64,000 nucleotides of DNA from positions 1-64,000 of IMG/VR virus record IMGVR_UViG_3300036820_000014, one strand, 5' to 3'. Numbering within the stretch: position 1 is the first letter of the stretch; each line of letters starts with the position of its first letter. Both the position numbers and the translations under genes were made by a program. The stretch is from a virus. The notes below the pieces were generated by a model. That model did no database searches. It was not told the origin of the DNA and saw nothing but the letters and a program-made list of their open reading frames with translations. Shown here piece after piece: positions 45,385 through 54,194 of the stretch.

Positions 45385-48300
45385 CGGGCGAGCTTCGCTC
45401 CTACGGTGCGGCCAGCCGCTCGAGATGCCCCGTCACTGGCGGACCTCGGAAGCCCCGCTCCTGGCATCAGGGTGAGTTTCTGCGTCTTCTGCATCTCTTC
45501 GAGTTGCTGACGCATGAGAAGAGCCATGGCTCGAAGTTGCGTTAGCTCCTGCTGGTGCAGAGAGAACTCGCGCTCGGCGAGCTCGTGGCCTTGGCTGAAG
45601 TGAGCTGTGCAGTCAGCGAGCGCCTGGTTGGCCGAAGCCGCGAGCGCGGACGTCGAGGCTTCGATCTCGGTGATAAGGCGGATCTTCTCGACGCCTTGCT
45701 GCACCTCGGCGGTCTCCAAGATCACCAGACGAGAGAGGCTGTCCTTCTGTGTCGTGGATAGCTCCAGGCCTCGGATCTGGAGTTCGGATCCGGACAATGC
45801 CAGCGTGAGCATCCGATCATCGGTGAAGTTGACCTGCTCGAGCACCTGGGTCTGGCGGAGAAGCGAGTCCACCTGGCGCTGCAATAGCGAGAGCGTCACT
45901 GCTGGAGCGATAGGCGCGGCCTCGACGCGGTGCTCGGCGAACGACCGAGCCATGAGCGCCAGTTTCTCTCTGGTGATGGTGACGTCGTCTCTGATCGCCA
46001 GAGTGAGAACCTCAATTGCTGGGATGAGATCCTGCTCCACGCGCGCCGAGTTCCGCAGCGTCGCAATCGACTCGTTGAGACGAAGCGCGAGAGAAGGCAC
46101 CGAAGCCTGGAGACGGGTCATGGATTGCACAAGGCCCGGTGTCTCTGCAACAAGCTGAGCCAGCGTCGCCGTAAGCCGTTCGTACAATTCGCGTGTCTGG
46201 GTTCTGACCACCGCCGTTGAGGAGCCTTCAGCGTGAGCCTGAAGTCCAATGTTCAAAGTCGGATTCAGGCGAGCGAACTCCGCCGTTATCTTGGCCACGA
46301 ACTGACGGATGGCTTCGACCATGACGCTGAAGCGAGAGGTGAATCCCACCGCGATCCCTTCGGGAATGGCTTCTCCGATAGGCACCATCGTCTTTGCTGG
46401 CGAAGCGACACCGAAGTCAGCCGAAATCTTGTCGATCGTCGCAGCCGTCATCTTGCCCGCCGCCGCTAGAAGGTTTGGATTGCTGTTGATGATTCCGGCG
46501 ACCACGCCAGCGGTCACCTCCTGGCCGGCGTTGGTGGCGAGGCCTGCCGCCTTCTTCCACCGAGCATTGAACTCGGCGACGAACTTGTCGGCTTGTGCTG
46601 TCTGGCCAGTCGAGATCAGGTTCGTGAATGTGACGAGGTTTCCCTTCTTGGCAAAGTCCGACAACTCCGCTCCGGTGATGTGCAGCTGGTTGGCGAGAGC
46701 TCCGAGGTTCGGGATGGCCTTCGAAACGAGGTCCTGGTGCTTGACGAAGACATCGTTCGTTCCGGCCAGAGATGCTCCAAGTTTGTAGAGGGGGTCCTTC
46801 GTCGAGTCGGCCCACTTAGCGATGCTCTGTATGCCGCCCACAAGACCGGTGATCAGCTTGATGAAGGGCTGAAGGATCGCGGTGATGATCTTGACCGCAC
46901 CGGCTAGAGCGCCGCCCAGCACCTTCGCGACGTCAGCGATGACTCCGGACAGCGGCGTCAGGAGTTTGAGCAGCGGAGAAATCAGATCGACCACCAGGGT
47001 CAACAGTGGTGCGAGCAGCGGAGTAAGGGCCTTCAATAACTGACCGAGTGGTGCGAGCAACGGAGTAAGTGCCGAGAGCACCTGGCCGATGGCCTTACCG
47101 AGCGAGCCGATCACCGGTGCAATAACCGCGAGGATCGACTGGAGCGGGCCAGCAAGGGCCTTGACGATCTGTTCGATTATCGGCGCGAGCACCTTGAAGA
47201 GTCCAGCAACGACGGTGAGAGCCGGGCCCAGAATCGAGGACAGCGCCGACACCAGGGTTCCGATGACCGGGGCTAGGGCTCGGATAACCGGAGCAAGAGT
47301 CTGTCCAAGCTGGCTGACGAGCTGACCCAGAATCGTGATGATCTGATCGATAGGCGGCATCAGCGCCTTGAACGCCGGCATGAGGGCTTGGATCAAAGTC
47401 TCATTGAGGAATGCGATCGCAGAAAGCAAAGGCTCGAGTCCCTTGACGATCTCGGCGAAGGCTGGACCCAGCGCCTTTACGAGGTCATCGACGATCGCTT
47501 CGATGGGTGGCAAGAGATCCGCCAGTGCCGGCGCCAGGTCCTTAACGATGCTGTCGACAAGGCCCCCGATCGGCACAAGCAATTGGATCAACGGTGGGAG
47601 CAGGAGCCCCACCGCCTTTATCACCGTGTCGAACACGGGAGCGAGAAGCTTGATGGCATCGACCAGGCCGACCCCGAGGATCTTGACCAGGTTCCCGATG
47701 ACCGGGCCGAGCGTGTTGAACACCGGACCGAGCGCCGTGAAAGCGGCCGACAGTTCCTTTCCCAAGATGGCGATGACCGGCGTGAGCGGCTTCAGAAGTT
47801 CTGTCAGCGCCTTGAGCACGACCTGGCCGAGCGGGATCAGAGCGTCTTCGACCGAGGCCTTGAGTGACTTCCATGTGCCGGAAAACGTGTTCAGTTTGTC
47901 CTGGGCCGCTTTGCTTGCGGCACCTGAACGAGTGACAGCTGCGGCGGCCTTGTCGTAGGCCGGCACTCCGGCCTCGATGATCTGCCCGACCTTCTGTGCC
48001 GAGGTCGCGCCGAAGAGGTTCTGATCGGCGAGATCCCGAGCCGCTGGCGTGAGTTTCGCCAGAGCTGGTTGCAACTGAGCGATCAGCTTCCGCATGCCCT
48101 CGAACTTGCCGCCGACGTCGATCGTCGAGATGCCGAGCTGCTTCAGGGTGGCGTTGACCTTGCTGTTGCCGACAGCCGACCCGTCTTGGATGTTCTTCAG
48201 GCTCGTCGCCGCCTGCCCCGCCTTCGTCTGAGCCGCAGCGACATTCTGGAGTGCGACCGAGTGGCGTTGCTGGGCAGCGGTCACGGCAAGTTCGGCCGAC

Positions 48301-49562
48301 TTAATCGCTTCCTGCTGAGCGATCGTCGGATCGGCCGCGTCGTTGTATTCGGTCGTTGCGGCAGTGAGACGTTGTTGAGCGGCAATAACCGAACTCATCG
48401 ATTCGGTCGCCGAGTTTTGGGCTGACTTGATCGAGAGGCCAGCCTTGGTGACGGAATCCTGAGCGGTTTGAAGCGATTTGGCGGTCGCGGTGCCGGCGTT
48501 ACCGACCTCACCCAAGAAGTGCTGGAACGCTGAGCCCAGAGCGTTGATGCCTCGGGTCCCTTGGAGCCCGGCGCTATTGGCCGCGTCGATGATCAGGGTC
48601 GAGGTGCCGGCGAGACTGGGCGACAGATCGCCGAGTGTGGAGTGAAGACGAGCGAGTGATGTAGTCAGGCTGGTAACAGGCACTCCAAGCGCGCTCGAGG
48701 TATTGAACAGGACGTTGCTCGCGGCGGCCGTTCCTTTGACCTGGATCGAGAATGCGCGCATGACTGTCGCCAAAGCCGAAGTGGTGGCTCCGAGGTCGCT
48801 GTTCGATGCCTCTGCCAGATCCGCCGCTGACTTCATAAACAGGAGGTCTTGGCTCGCAGTCAGTGCATGGCCTTGGAGTGTGGCGAGCTGAGCCGACACG
48901 GGCGCGAGCGCCGCAACCATTTGAGACGCGCCGAAGGTCGTGGTCCCGGCCGTGCTCAGCAGCGCCTTGCCGATAGCGTTCGCCTGCGCCTGGGTAATCC
49001 CAGCAACTCCTTGCAACTGAGCGACGGCCGTCTGGAACTTCACCGCCGTATCGGCAGCGATCCCTCCGATGGCGGCAATGCCCAGCGCCGTTCCGCCTAC
49101 GATTTTCGACCCCAACGATGCGAAGATCCCACCGCTCGCCTCGGCGTCTGAAGCAGCGGACTTCTGTGCTGCAGCGGCCTCGCCCGCGGCGACCTTCTGT
49201 GTCTCGGCCGTCTTGACGCTGGCCCCACGAATCGCATCGGACGCGGCCGTGATTCGCTCGGCCGAAGTCTCGGACGCCGCTGCCAGGCCGGCCAGCGAGT
49301 CCGCCCCTACCGACTCCGTCAGCTTGAGTTGGTCGGCGATGCTCTTGTTGGAATCATCGATCTTGACGCCAGCACCTTCGACCTTGGCGGCGGCGTCGTC
49401 GGCGCTTGTGCCCAACTTGTCGTAGGCACCCTGGTCTGCTGTCGTGTCGAGCGTCGGCGTCGCAGTCTGAGCGGCGAACGCCGCGTCGATCTTGGCCTGG
49501 GTCTCCTCATCGAACCCGGTAAGGAGGGGCCGCAGGGCGACCCAGGCCTCGCCGACGATCAC
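45381..49562 (-). CDS. Tape measure protein
   Basis: 1393 aa, Ala-rich helical, MIVGEAWV start, L.P amphipathic repeats, FGVASP. Confidence 0.95.
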   Translation of the reverse strand: MIVGEAWVALRPLLTGFDEETQAKIDAAFAAQTATPTLDTTADQGAYDKLGTSADDAAAKVEGAGVKIDDSNKSIADQLKLTESVGADSLAGLAAASETSAERITAASDAIRGASVKTAETQKVAAGEAAAAQKSAASDAEASGGIFASLGSKIVGGTALGIAAIGGIAADTAVKFQTAVAQLQGVAGITQAQANAIGKALLSTAGTTTFGASQMVAALAPVSAQLATLQGHALTASQDLLFMKSAADLAEASNSDLGATTSALATVMRAFSIQVKGTAAASNVLFNTSSALGVPVTSLTTSLARLHSTLGDLSPSLAGTSTLIIDAANSAGLQGTRGINALGSAFQHFLGEVGNAGTATAKSLQTAQDSVTKAGLSIKSAQNSATESMSSVIAAQQRLTAATTEYNDAADPTIAQQEAIKSAELAVTAAQQRHSVALQNVAAAQTKAGQAATSLKNIQDGSAVGNSKVNATLKQLGISTIDVGGKFEGMRKLIAQLQPALAKLTPAARDLADQNLFGATSAQKVGQIIEAGVPAYDKAAAAVTRSGAASKAAQDKLNTFSGTWKSLKASVEDALIPLGQVVLKALTELLKPLTPVIAILGKELSAAFTALGPVFNTLGPVIGNLVKILGVGLVDAIKLLAPVFDTVIKAVGLLLPPLIQLLVPIGGLVDSIVKDLAPALADLLPPIEAIVDDLVKALGPAFAEIVKGLEPLLSAIAFLNETLIQALMPAFKALMPPIDQIITILGQLVSQLGQTLAPVIRALAPVIGTLVSALSSILGPALTVVAGLFKVLAPIIEQIVKALAGPLQSILAVIAPVIGSLGKAIGQVLSALTPLLAPLGQLLKALTPLLAPLLTLVVDLISPLLKLLTPLSGVIADVAKVLGGALAGAVKIITAILQPFIKLITGLVGGIQSIAKWADSTKDPLYKLGASLAGTNDVFVKHQDLVSKAIPNLGALANQLHITGAELSDFAKKGNLVTFTNLISTGQTAQADKFVAEFNARWKKAAGLATNAGQEVTAGVVAGIINSNPNLLAAAGKMTAATIDKISADFGVASPAKTMVPIGEAIPEGIAVGFTSRFSVMVEAIRQFVAKITAEFARLNPTLNIGLQAHAEGSSTAVVRTQTRELYERLTATLAQLVAETPGLVQSMTRLQASVPSLALRLNESIATLRNSARVEQDLIPAIEVLTLAIRDDVTITREKLALMARSFAEHRVEAAPIAPAVTLSLLQRQVDSLLRQTQVLEQVNFTDDRMLTLALSGSELQIRGLELSTTQKDSLSRLVILETAEVQQGVEKIRLITEIEASTSALAASANQALADCTAHFSQGHELAEREFSLHQQELTQLRAMALLMRQQLEEMQKTQKLTLMPGAGLPRSASDGASRAAGRTVGAKLAR

Positions 49563-49950
49563 TTAGGTAGTCGCTTCCGGAAGAGCCGTGGCTTGTCGCT
49601 TCTGGAACTCCTCGAGGTCTCGTTGCCGTTGCGCCCAGGCGCGCTCGACAAAGGCGTCGACGTTTCTGACTCCCAGTCCCTTCGCCGTCCGACGTGCCGA
49701 AGCGTCCTGCTCGCGTGCCGCCTGCTCGGCGGACTTGCGGGCTTTCTCCTCTGGCCAGTCCAGGGACAGGTCGATCTCTCTTCGCCTGTCCGGGTCGAAC
49801 GCGACGTTCTCGACAATGAGCGCGTAGGCCAGATTGAGCAGCCGACGGAGCGGCAGATCAGTCGGGTCGACGTTGGCAAGAACGCAACGTGCATCTATCA
49901 GAGGCCAGTTTTCGTCCGCCCACGCCGCGAGGGCGAGGACGGCGTGGTAG
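49563..49950 (-). CDS. Tail assembly chaperone, frameshifted C-terminal part
   Basis: W..IDA......DPTDLPLRRLLNLAY; entered by -1 shift. Confidence 0.75.
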
Positions 49951-50287
49951 GGCGGCCGGTATCTACCTCCGTAACCCACGCAATGATGTCTCCAAGGACC
50001 GCTGCGTCGATGATCGGAGACCCGGGGCCAGTGCGTTGACAGAACTCCGCGAACCGCGCGTACTCCTCCTTGTCCATGGCTTTACGGAAAAACTCCAACC
50101 ACGAGTCGGTGTCTTGAGACACGGCGGACCCGGTAACGCGAAGCGTCGTGAATTGAGGCACCCGATGGGGATAGACAACGAACTGCTCGGACAGCGACGT
50201 CCCTTCATCGTCTTGGTAAGCGAGCTTGAACGTCTCGCTCTGTTCTTCCTTCGCCCTGTGGGCGATTTCGAATTGCTTCACTGGCAC
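49898..50287 (-). CDS. Tail assembly chaperone
   Basis: RBS AAAAGGAG; IIAWV.E..TGRPT ending. Confidence 0.8.
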   Translation of the reverse strand: MPVKQFEIAHRAKEEQSETFKLAYQDDEGTSLSEQFVVYPHRVPQFTTLRVTGSAVSQDTDSWLEFFRKAMDKEEYARFAEFCQRTGPGSPIIDAAVLGDIIAWVTEVDTGRPTTPSSPSRRGRTKTGL

Positions 50288-50309
50288 TTGGGGGTTGCTC
50301 CTTTTCTCG

Positions 50310-50777
50310 TCAGACTCCGCCGCCGGATTCGAGGCACACGGCCTGCATGGCTCTAGTGACGAAGTCGTTCTTTTTGGGGGGTGGGTGTGACTTGACGTAC
50401 TTGCGAAAAACGGGAGCGCCGTCCTTGAACCACCGCAGGACGCCATCGGGATCTTTGGGCTCGATCGGGTACGGTCCGCCGGACGGAGCGACCAGTAGCC
50501 CGAGCGCGGAAACGTCCGAGCTCGATCCGCCGCCGCGTGTGAGCGTCGATCCGATCAGGATCATGGGTGTCTCACCGAAGATCAGTCGGCGCTCCATGGT
50601 GTCGCGCAGGTGCTTGCTGGTTCGTGGCTGGCCGTCGTCGCCCGCCTCTTTGCCAACAGGGCAGTCGGCGATTGCCACCGCCAGGATCCGGTCGGCGAAC
50701 TGGCGCCATTGCGGGCTCTGGGATACGGCGGAGTTCAGAACTGGCTGACCGTACGAGACATAACGAGCGCCCGTCAC
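50310..50777 (-). CDS. Neck/tail-completion protein (HK97 gp10-like)
   Basis: CPV...HLRD, I.PK....LRW, F.K.V..HP...NDF..RAM. Confidence 0.7.
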   Translation of the reverse strand: MTGARYVSYGQPVLNSAVSQSPQWRQFADRILAVAIADCPVGKEAGDDGQPRTSKHLRDTMERRLIFGETPMILIGSTLTRGGGSSSDVSALGLLVAPSGGPYPIEPKDPDGVLRWFKDGAPVFRKYVKSHPPPKKNDFVTRAMQAVCLESGGGV

Positions 50778-50977
50778 TTGTTGCCACAGCACATCTGGGT
50801 GAGCACCTCAGGAGGCGCCTCGCCTCGGTTGCCGGTCTCTGAGATGAGGCCAGCTGCAAGCCATCCTTCAAGGCGCGCGTCGTTCTCGTCGACGTCGGCC
50901 CAGCGACCGGCGGTCAGCCGACCTACGCCGCAATTGGCGAAGACTCGCCTCTTTCCCGCTTCGAGTCGCCCGGCCAT
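50774..50977 (-). CDS. Small hypothetical protein
   Basis: GTGA overlap with neck gene. Confidence 0.55.
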   Translation of the reverse strand: MAGRLEAGKRRVFANCGVGRLTAGRWADVDENDARLEGWLAAGLISETGNRGEAPPEVLTQMCCGNK

Positions 50978-50987
50978 TCATGAATGG
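50974..50987. promoter_or_regulatory. Perfect 14-bp palindrome CCATTCATGAATGG
   Basis: Covers the start codon at 50977, in divergent intergenic region. Confidence 0.45.
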
Positions 50988-51068
50988 TTCACGATTCATG
51001 ACCCATTAGATAGCCCTATGGCGACTAGGTAATGCGCCAGAGTTTCAGGGCGATTAGAAACGGCACCC

Positions 51069-51554
51069 ATGGAAGAGGACCGTCTGACCTACTGGACGCG
51101 ATACCCAGACCTAGAAACAGGACCGCTCTGGGTGGGATTGCACCTGCACCGCAGAGCTGGCGCAACTGTGCTCGTCGGGCTCGAAACCTGGACCGAGGCA
51201 CCCGGACGGGCCAGACGCTCGCTCGGTCCGGAAGCACCTGACAACGATGAGCTCCAGCTCTGGCCACCTCGGCCGTTGCATCTGGCGGATCTGCGCCGGC
51301 TGAGGTTCCGGGAGTTGCTCGACCAGCTATTCGCTGCGCTCCGAGATCGGGACCTCGCCGTGAACTGGCGGCCAGCTCGGCCAGGACGGCCAAAGGTCTA
51401 CGACGATGCCCACTACGAGCGAGTCGCTGGTATTTACCTCAGGGCGAGGGCCAGCAAGAGCCCGCCTGTACAGGCCGTACAGGCGACCTGGAACGTCTCA
51501 CGGGGCACAGCGGCCGGTTGGGTGGCCAAGGCTCGAGCCGCCGGTTGGTTGTGA
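51069..51554 (+). CDS. DNA-binding protein with C-terminal HTH (DUF6214-like)
   Basis: HYERVAGIY..A......PVQAV...WNVSRGTAAGWVAKARAAGWL. Confidence 0.75.
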   Translation: MEEDRLTYWTRYPDLETGPLWVGLHLHRRAGATVLVGLETWTEAPGRARRSLGPEAPDNDELQLWPPRPLHLADLRRLRFRELLDQLFAALRDRDLAVNWRPARPGRPKVYDDAHYERVAGIYLRARASKSPPVQAVQATWNVSRGTAAGWVAKARAAGWL

Positions 51555-51688
51555 CCCCACACGCGCAGCGACTCCGAGCCTGGGACCGGATCACCATGCT
51601 GGGCATCGGTCCTTCATCAGCTCGGGGCCACGGACTCCAGCCAATGGAAGAGACGGGAGGCTGCGCCGTTAGGTAAGAGTGAGGACTC

Positions 51689-52222
51689 TTACCCGGTGAC
51701 GCTCATCGTCAGCTCGGCGGCTTCCCCCGCGCTGACCGTGACCTCTACCGAACCGGACTCGCCGAAAGGCTGACCGGAAGGGTCATCAACCGCAGAGCCG
51801 TCCGAGTTGATGAGAGGAACCGGAGCGAGGTTCGCTGTGCCCTCGGCAACCATCGTGAGAGGCGCCGACCACAGGCCAGGCGTGGCTCCAGCTACGGCAT
51901 CGCCTACGGTCAGAGCCGCCGGATTGTCCGAGGTCGCGGAGGGTGCGATCGGGAAACCTGTAACCGAGTCGTTCGGCCCGGCGGTGTCGTCCAGGTGGTC
52001 ATCGGTGAATTGGAAAACGGCTGCGCCATCGGTGGTGTCGACGGTAAAACTTGTTCCCATTTTGGGCTCCTTAGTGACGGTCATGGCGAGCCACGATGCT
52101 CTCCGGGGATTCGGTACGACCTGGACCTGAAGCGGTTGCTCAGGCCAGTGGAAGTGGACGTGTAGCTCGATCGACGTCGGCGCCAGAGCGTCGACTGCGG
52201 GAACCTCGTCGTCTGCGTCCAC
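51689..52222 (-). CDS. Ig-like beta-rich protein, possible internal start at 52060
   Basis: TSDNPA.LTV, G.ANL, VTVSAGEA; RBS TAAGGAG before 52060. Confidence 0.6.
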   Translation of the reverse strand: MDADDEVPAVDALAPTSIELHVHFHWPEQPLQVQVVPNPRRASWLAMTVTKEPKMGTSFTVDTTDGAAVFQFTDDHLDDTAGPNDSVTGFPIAPSATSDNPAALTVGDAVAGATPGLWSAPLTMVAEGTANLAPVPLINSDGSAVDDPSGQPFGESGSVEVTVSAGEAAELTMSVTG

Positions 52223-52276
52223 CGCGGCGCACGATAGCGCGGGAAGTCGGTCATCGCTCAGCTCGGTGGTTGGTGG

Positions 52277-52543
52277 TCATCCTCCAGCCACATGGAGCCC
52301 AGTCGCTTCACGGAGTAGCTGGTGGGCCATCGCTGTGGCCATCTCCAAAGGGAAGGGGAAGATCTGGCTACCTGTCGAGTGCTCGATCCTGAGCGCTACG
52401 GCCGGCACGGCCTTCCCCTGGTCGTCTTGACCCATGACCCGTTCCACGCCGAACGCCATGGGTAGCCCAAGCATGACGTTCATGAAGGGTTCGAGGGTGG
52501 TTCTTTGTGTCCCGTCAGGATCGTGTCCGTTGTCCGCTGCCAT
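52277..52543 (-). CDS. Hypothetical protein
   Basis: TAGGTT 7 nt before ATG. Confidence 0.6.
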   Translation of the reverse strand: MAADNGHDPDGTQRTTLEPFMNVMLGLPMAFGVERVMGQDDQGKAVPAVALRIEHSTGSQIFPFPLEMATAMAHQLLREATGLHVAGG

Positions 52544-52661
52544 CGTCGGCAACCTAGTACCGAGACGCGAAGGGAGCCAGGGTCGGACGAACCCTGGCTC
52601 TCCCTCCGAGGACGGCGTGAACGTCCGGCTCGCACGCTATCGAATGCGGCCCTCAAATAAC

Positions 52662-52700
52662 CGAGGCCCCGGGGTGGGGGGAACCCGACCCGGGGCCTCG
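52662..52700 (-). terminator. Intrinsic terminator
   Basis: 12-bp stem CGAGGCCCCGGG/CCCGGGGCCTCG followed by GTTATTT on minus strand. Confidence 0.65.
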
Positions 52701-52728
52701 ACGGCGGTGCAGATACATCAGCTAGCGG

Positions 52729-52884
52729 TTACCGCCTGCCGATGAGCAGGTCCGCAGCCGCCTCTTCGATGAGCCACGAGGCGACGCCTCCCACGGGTTC
52801 CCTCACAGCCCCCGTAGCGGTCACCTCGTACCCGCACCCATCGAGCACTTCGAGCGTCTGGTTGTGCTTCCAATTCTGTGGCAT
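52729..52884 (-). CDS. Small protein (51 aa)
   Basis: MPQNWKHNQTLEV...; RBS CGGAGG; own promoter. Confidence 0.6.
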   Translation of the reverse strand: MPQNWKHNQTLEVLDGCGYEVTATGAVREPVGGVASWLIEEAAADLLIGRR

Positions 52885-52916
52885 TTGGTTCCTCCGTTTG
52901 GGTTGGTGCCCACAGT

Positions 52917-52933
52917 CTATAACTCTGTTTTAG
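52917..52933. promoter_or_regulatory. 17-bp operator within TTGGCA-N18-TAGACT promoter
   Basis: CTATAACTCTGTTTTAG. Confidence 0.7.
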
Positions 52934-52953
52934 CGGATGCCAATCGAGTCCCC

Positions 52954-53118
52954 TCAGGCGCTCGCCGCCAGTTTCCAGAACCTCCTGTCGAGGCAGACCC
53001 GGCAGGTCCGGTCAGTTACGGATTCGCTCACCTGGTGCTCCCAGACGAAGATGCCGCACTCAGTCACGACCGGGCGACCTGATCGGAGGTCGGCATCGTT
53101 GACCAGGTGGAGCATCAT
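52954..53118 (-). CDS. Small His/Cys Zn-finger protein
   Basis: H...TECG...TCRVC. Confidence 0.5.
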   Translation of the reverse strand: MMLHLVNDADLRSGRPVVTECGIFVWEHQVSESVTDRTCRVCLDRRFWKLAASA

Positions 53119-53275
53119 GGGAGCGATCTCAGTGCCCGGTGAGAGAAAGGGTCAGGCACAAGACGCCATCCGGAGGGAGGCGCCATCTTGAGGTCCCAGA
53201 ACCGCGACCAGTCGAACGGCCATCCTCCTCTTTCCCAATAGCCCAGCCACCCATCCTCGAAGCACCCGAAAGGAC

Positions 53276-53644
53276 TCATTGGCGCTCCAGCCGCCTCAGA
53301 TCCTCAAGACTTACAGCCGCCGCATGGGCCAGCTCACGTGCCCGATCAGCGGTAAAGGCGTAATCGTTCAGTTGGCTCACTTCCCAGGCCACGTCGACTC
53401 TCGCCCCACAGGGATGTGTGAACCTCGCTATGACGGGGTGAGCACGGTCATTGAGGCGCACAATCACGGTTGGATCGGGTGCTGGCACGTCCCCACCGCA
53501 CCCTCGACACTCCGAGAACGGAGAGCCGAGGACGACCAGCCAACGGCGGCGGATGCCTGTCATCGGATCCAGGCCGGAATGGACAGCCGCCGATAGAGCG
53601 GGGTCGATTTCTTGCACCGCCTCGGTGACCTCGGCGTACTGCAT
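53276..53644 (-). CDS. Zn-binding hypothetical protein
   Basis: CRGCG...HPCG. Confidence 0.55.
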   Translation of the reverse strand: MQYAEVTEAVQEIDPALSAAVHSGLDPMTGIRRRWLVVLGSPFSECRGCGGDVPAPDPTVIVRLNDRAHPVIARFTHPCGARVDVAWEVSQLNDYAFTADRARELAHAAAVSLEDLRRLERQ

Positions 53645-53649
53645 GGGTC

Positions 53650-54036
53650 TCACGATGCCCGGGCCCTGAGTTCGGCGGTCGGACCGAGGAAGACATCCTC
53701 CGGCTCGATGAACCCGTCTGCCGTCTTGAGCGGCCGGCACGACACACAATCCGTGCCTCGGTGCCAGACTCCTCGCTCCCGAATGACGAGCTGACCACCG
53801 CAATTCTGGCAATAGAAGACCCGAGGATTGGTGGGCTTGGCGGCACAATCCCCGCAGCACTTGACCGTTTGCCAGACGCCGCCGAAAGCCGGAGCGCCCG
53901 TATCGAGGTAACGATTCCCGATAGCGATGGTCCCCCGGCACTCACCGCACCGGTGCTCCTTCTTGCGGGCGGTCCGCCAGACCACCCGCTTGCCATGCAC
54001 CGATCGCCAGAAGCCTTCGACGGTCAGCGTGCTCAC
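53650..54036 (-). CDS. Multi-Cys Zn-finger protein
   Basis: RTARK.EHRCGECRGTI..G.RY; CQNCG; CVSC. Confidence 0.65.
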   Translation of the reverse strand: MSTLTVEGFWRSVHGKRVVWRTARKKEHRCGECRGTIAIGNRYLDTGAPAFGGVWQTVKCCGDCAAKPTNPRVFYCQNCGGQLVIRERGVWHRGTDCVSCRPLKTADGFIEPEDVFLGPTAELRARAS

Positions 54037-54194
54037 TGGTGGCACCTACACCCGCCGTCCGAACAGTTCTCGGCGACCCGGTTGCAACCATCCTCGTCTT
54101 GGCGAGGACAGCCGCACCCGACGCACAGGTGGTTGCCGTAGCCGCCGAGTGGCGACTTGCTTTCGAGGTCGGGCTTCGTCTCCGGAAGGTTCAT
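54033..54194 (-). CDS. Small Cys-rich protein
   Basis: ATGA/GTGA overlaps. Confidence 0.45.
   Translation of the reverse strand: MNLPETKPDLESKSPLGGYGNHLCVGCGCPRQDEDGCNRVAENCSDGGCRCHQ

Noticed and set aside
46900-47830. Periodic repeats in the tape measure gene
   Set aside because: Normal amphipathic tape-measure periodicity
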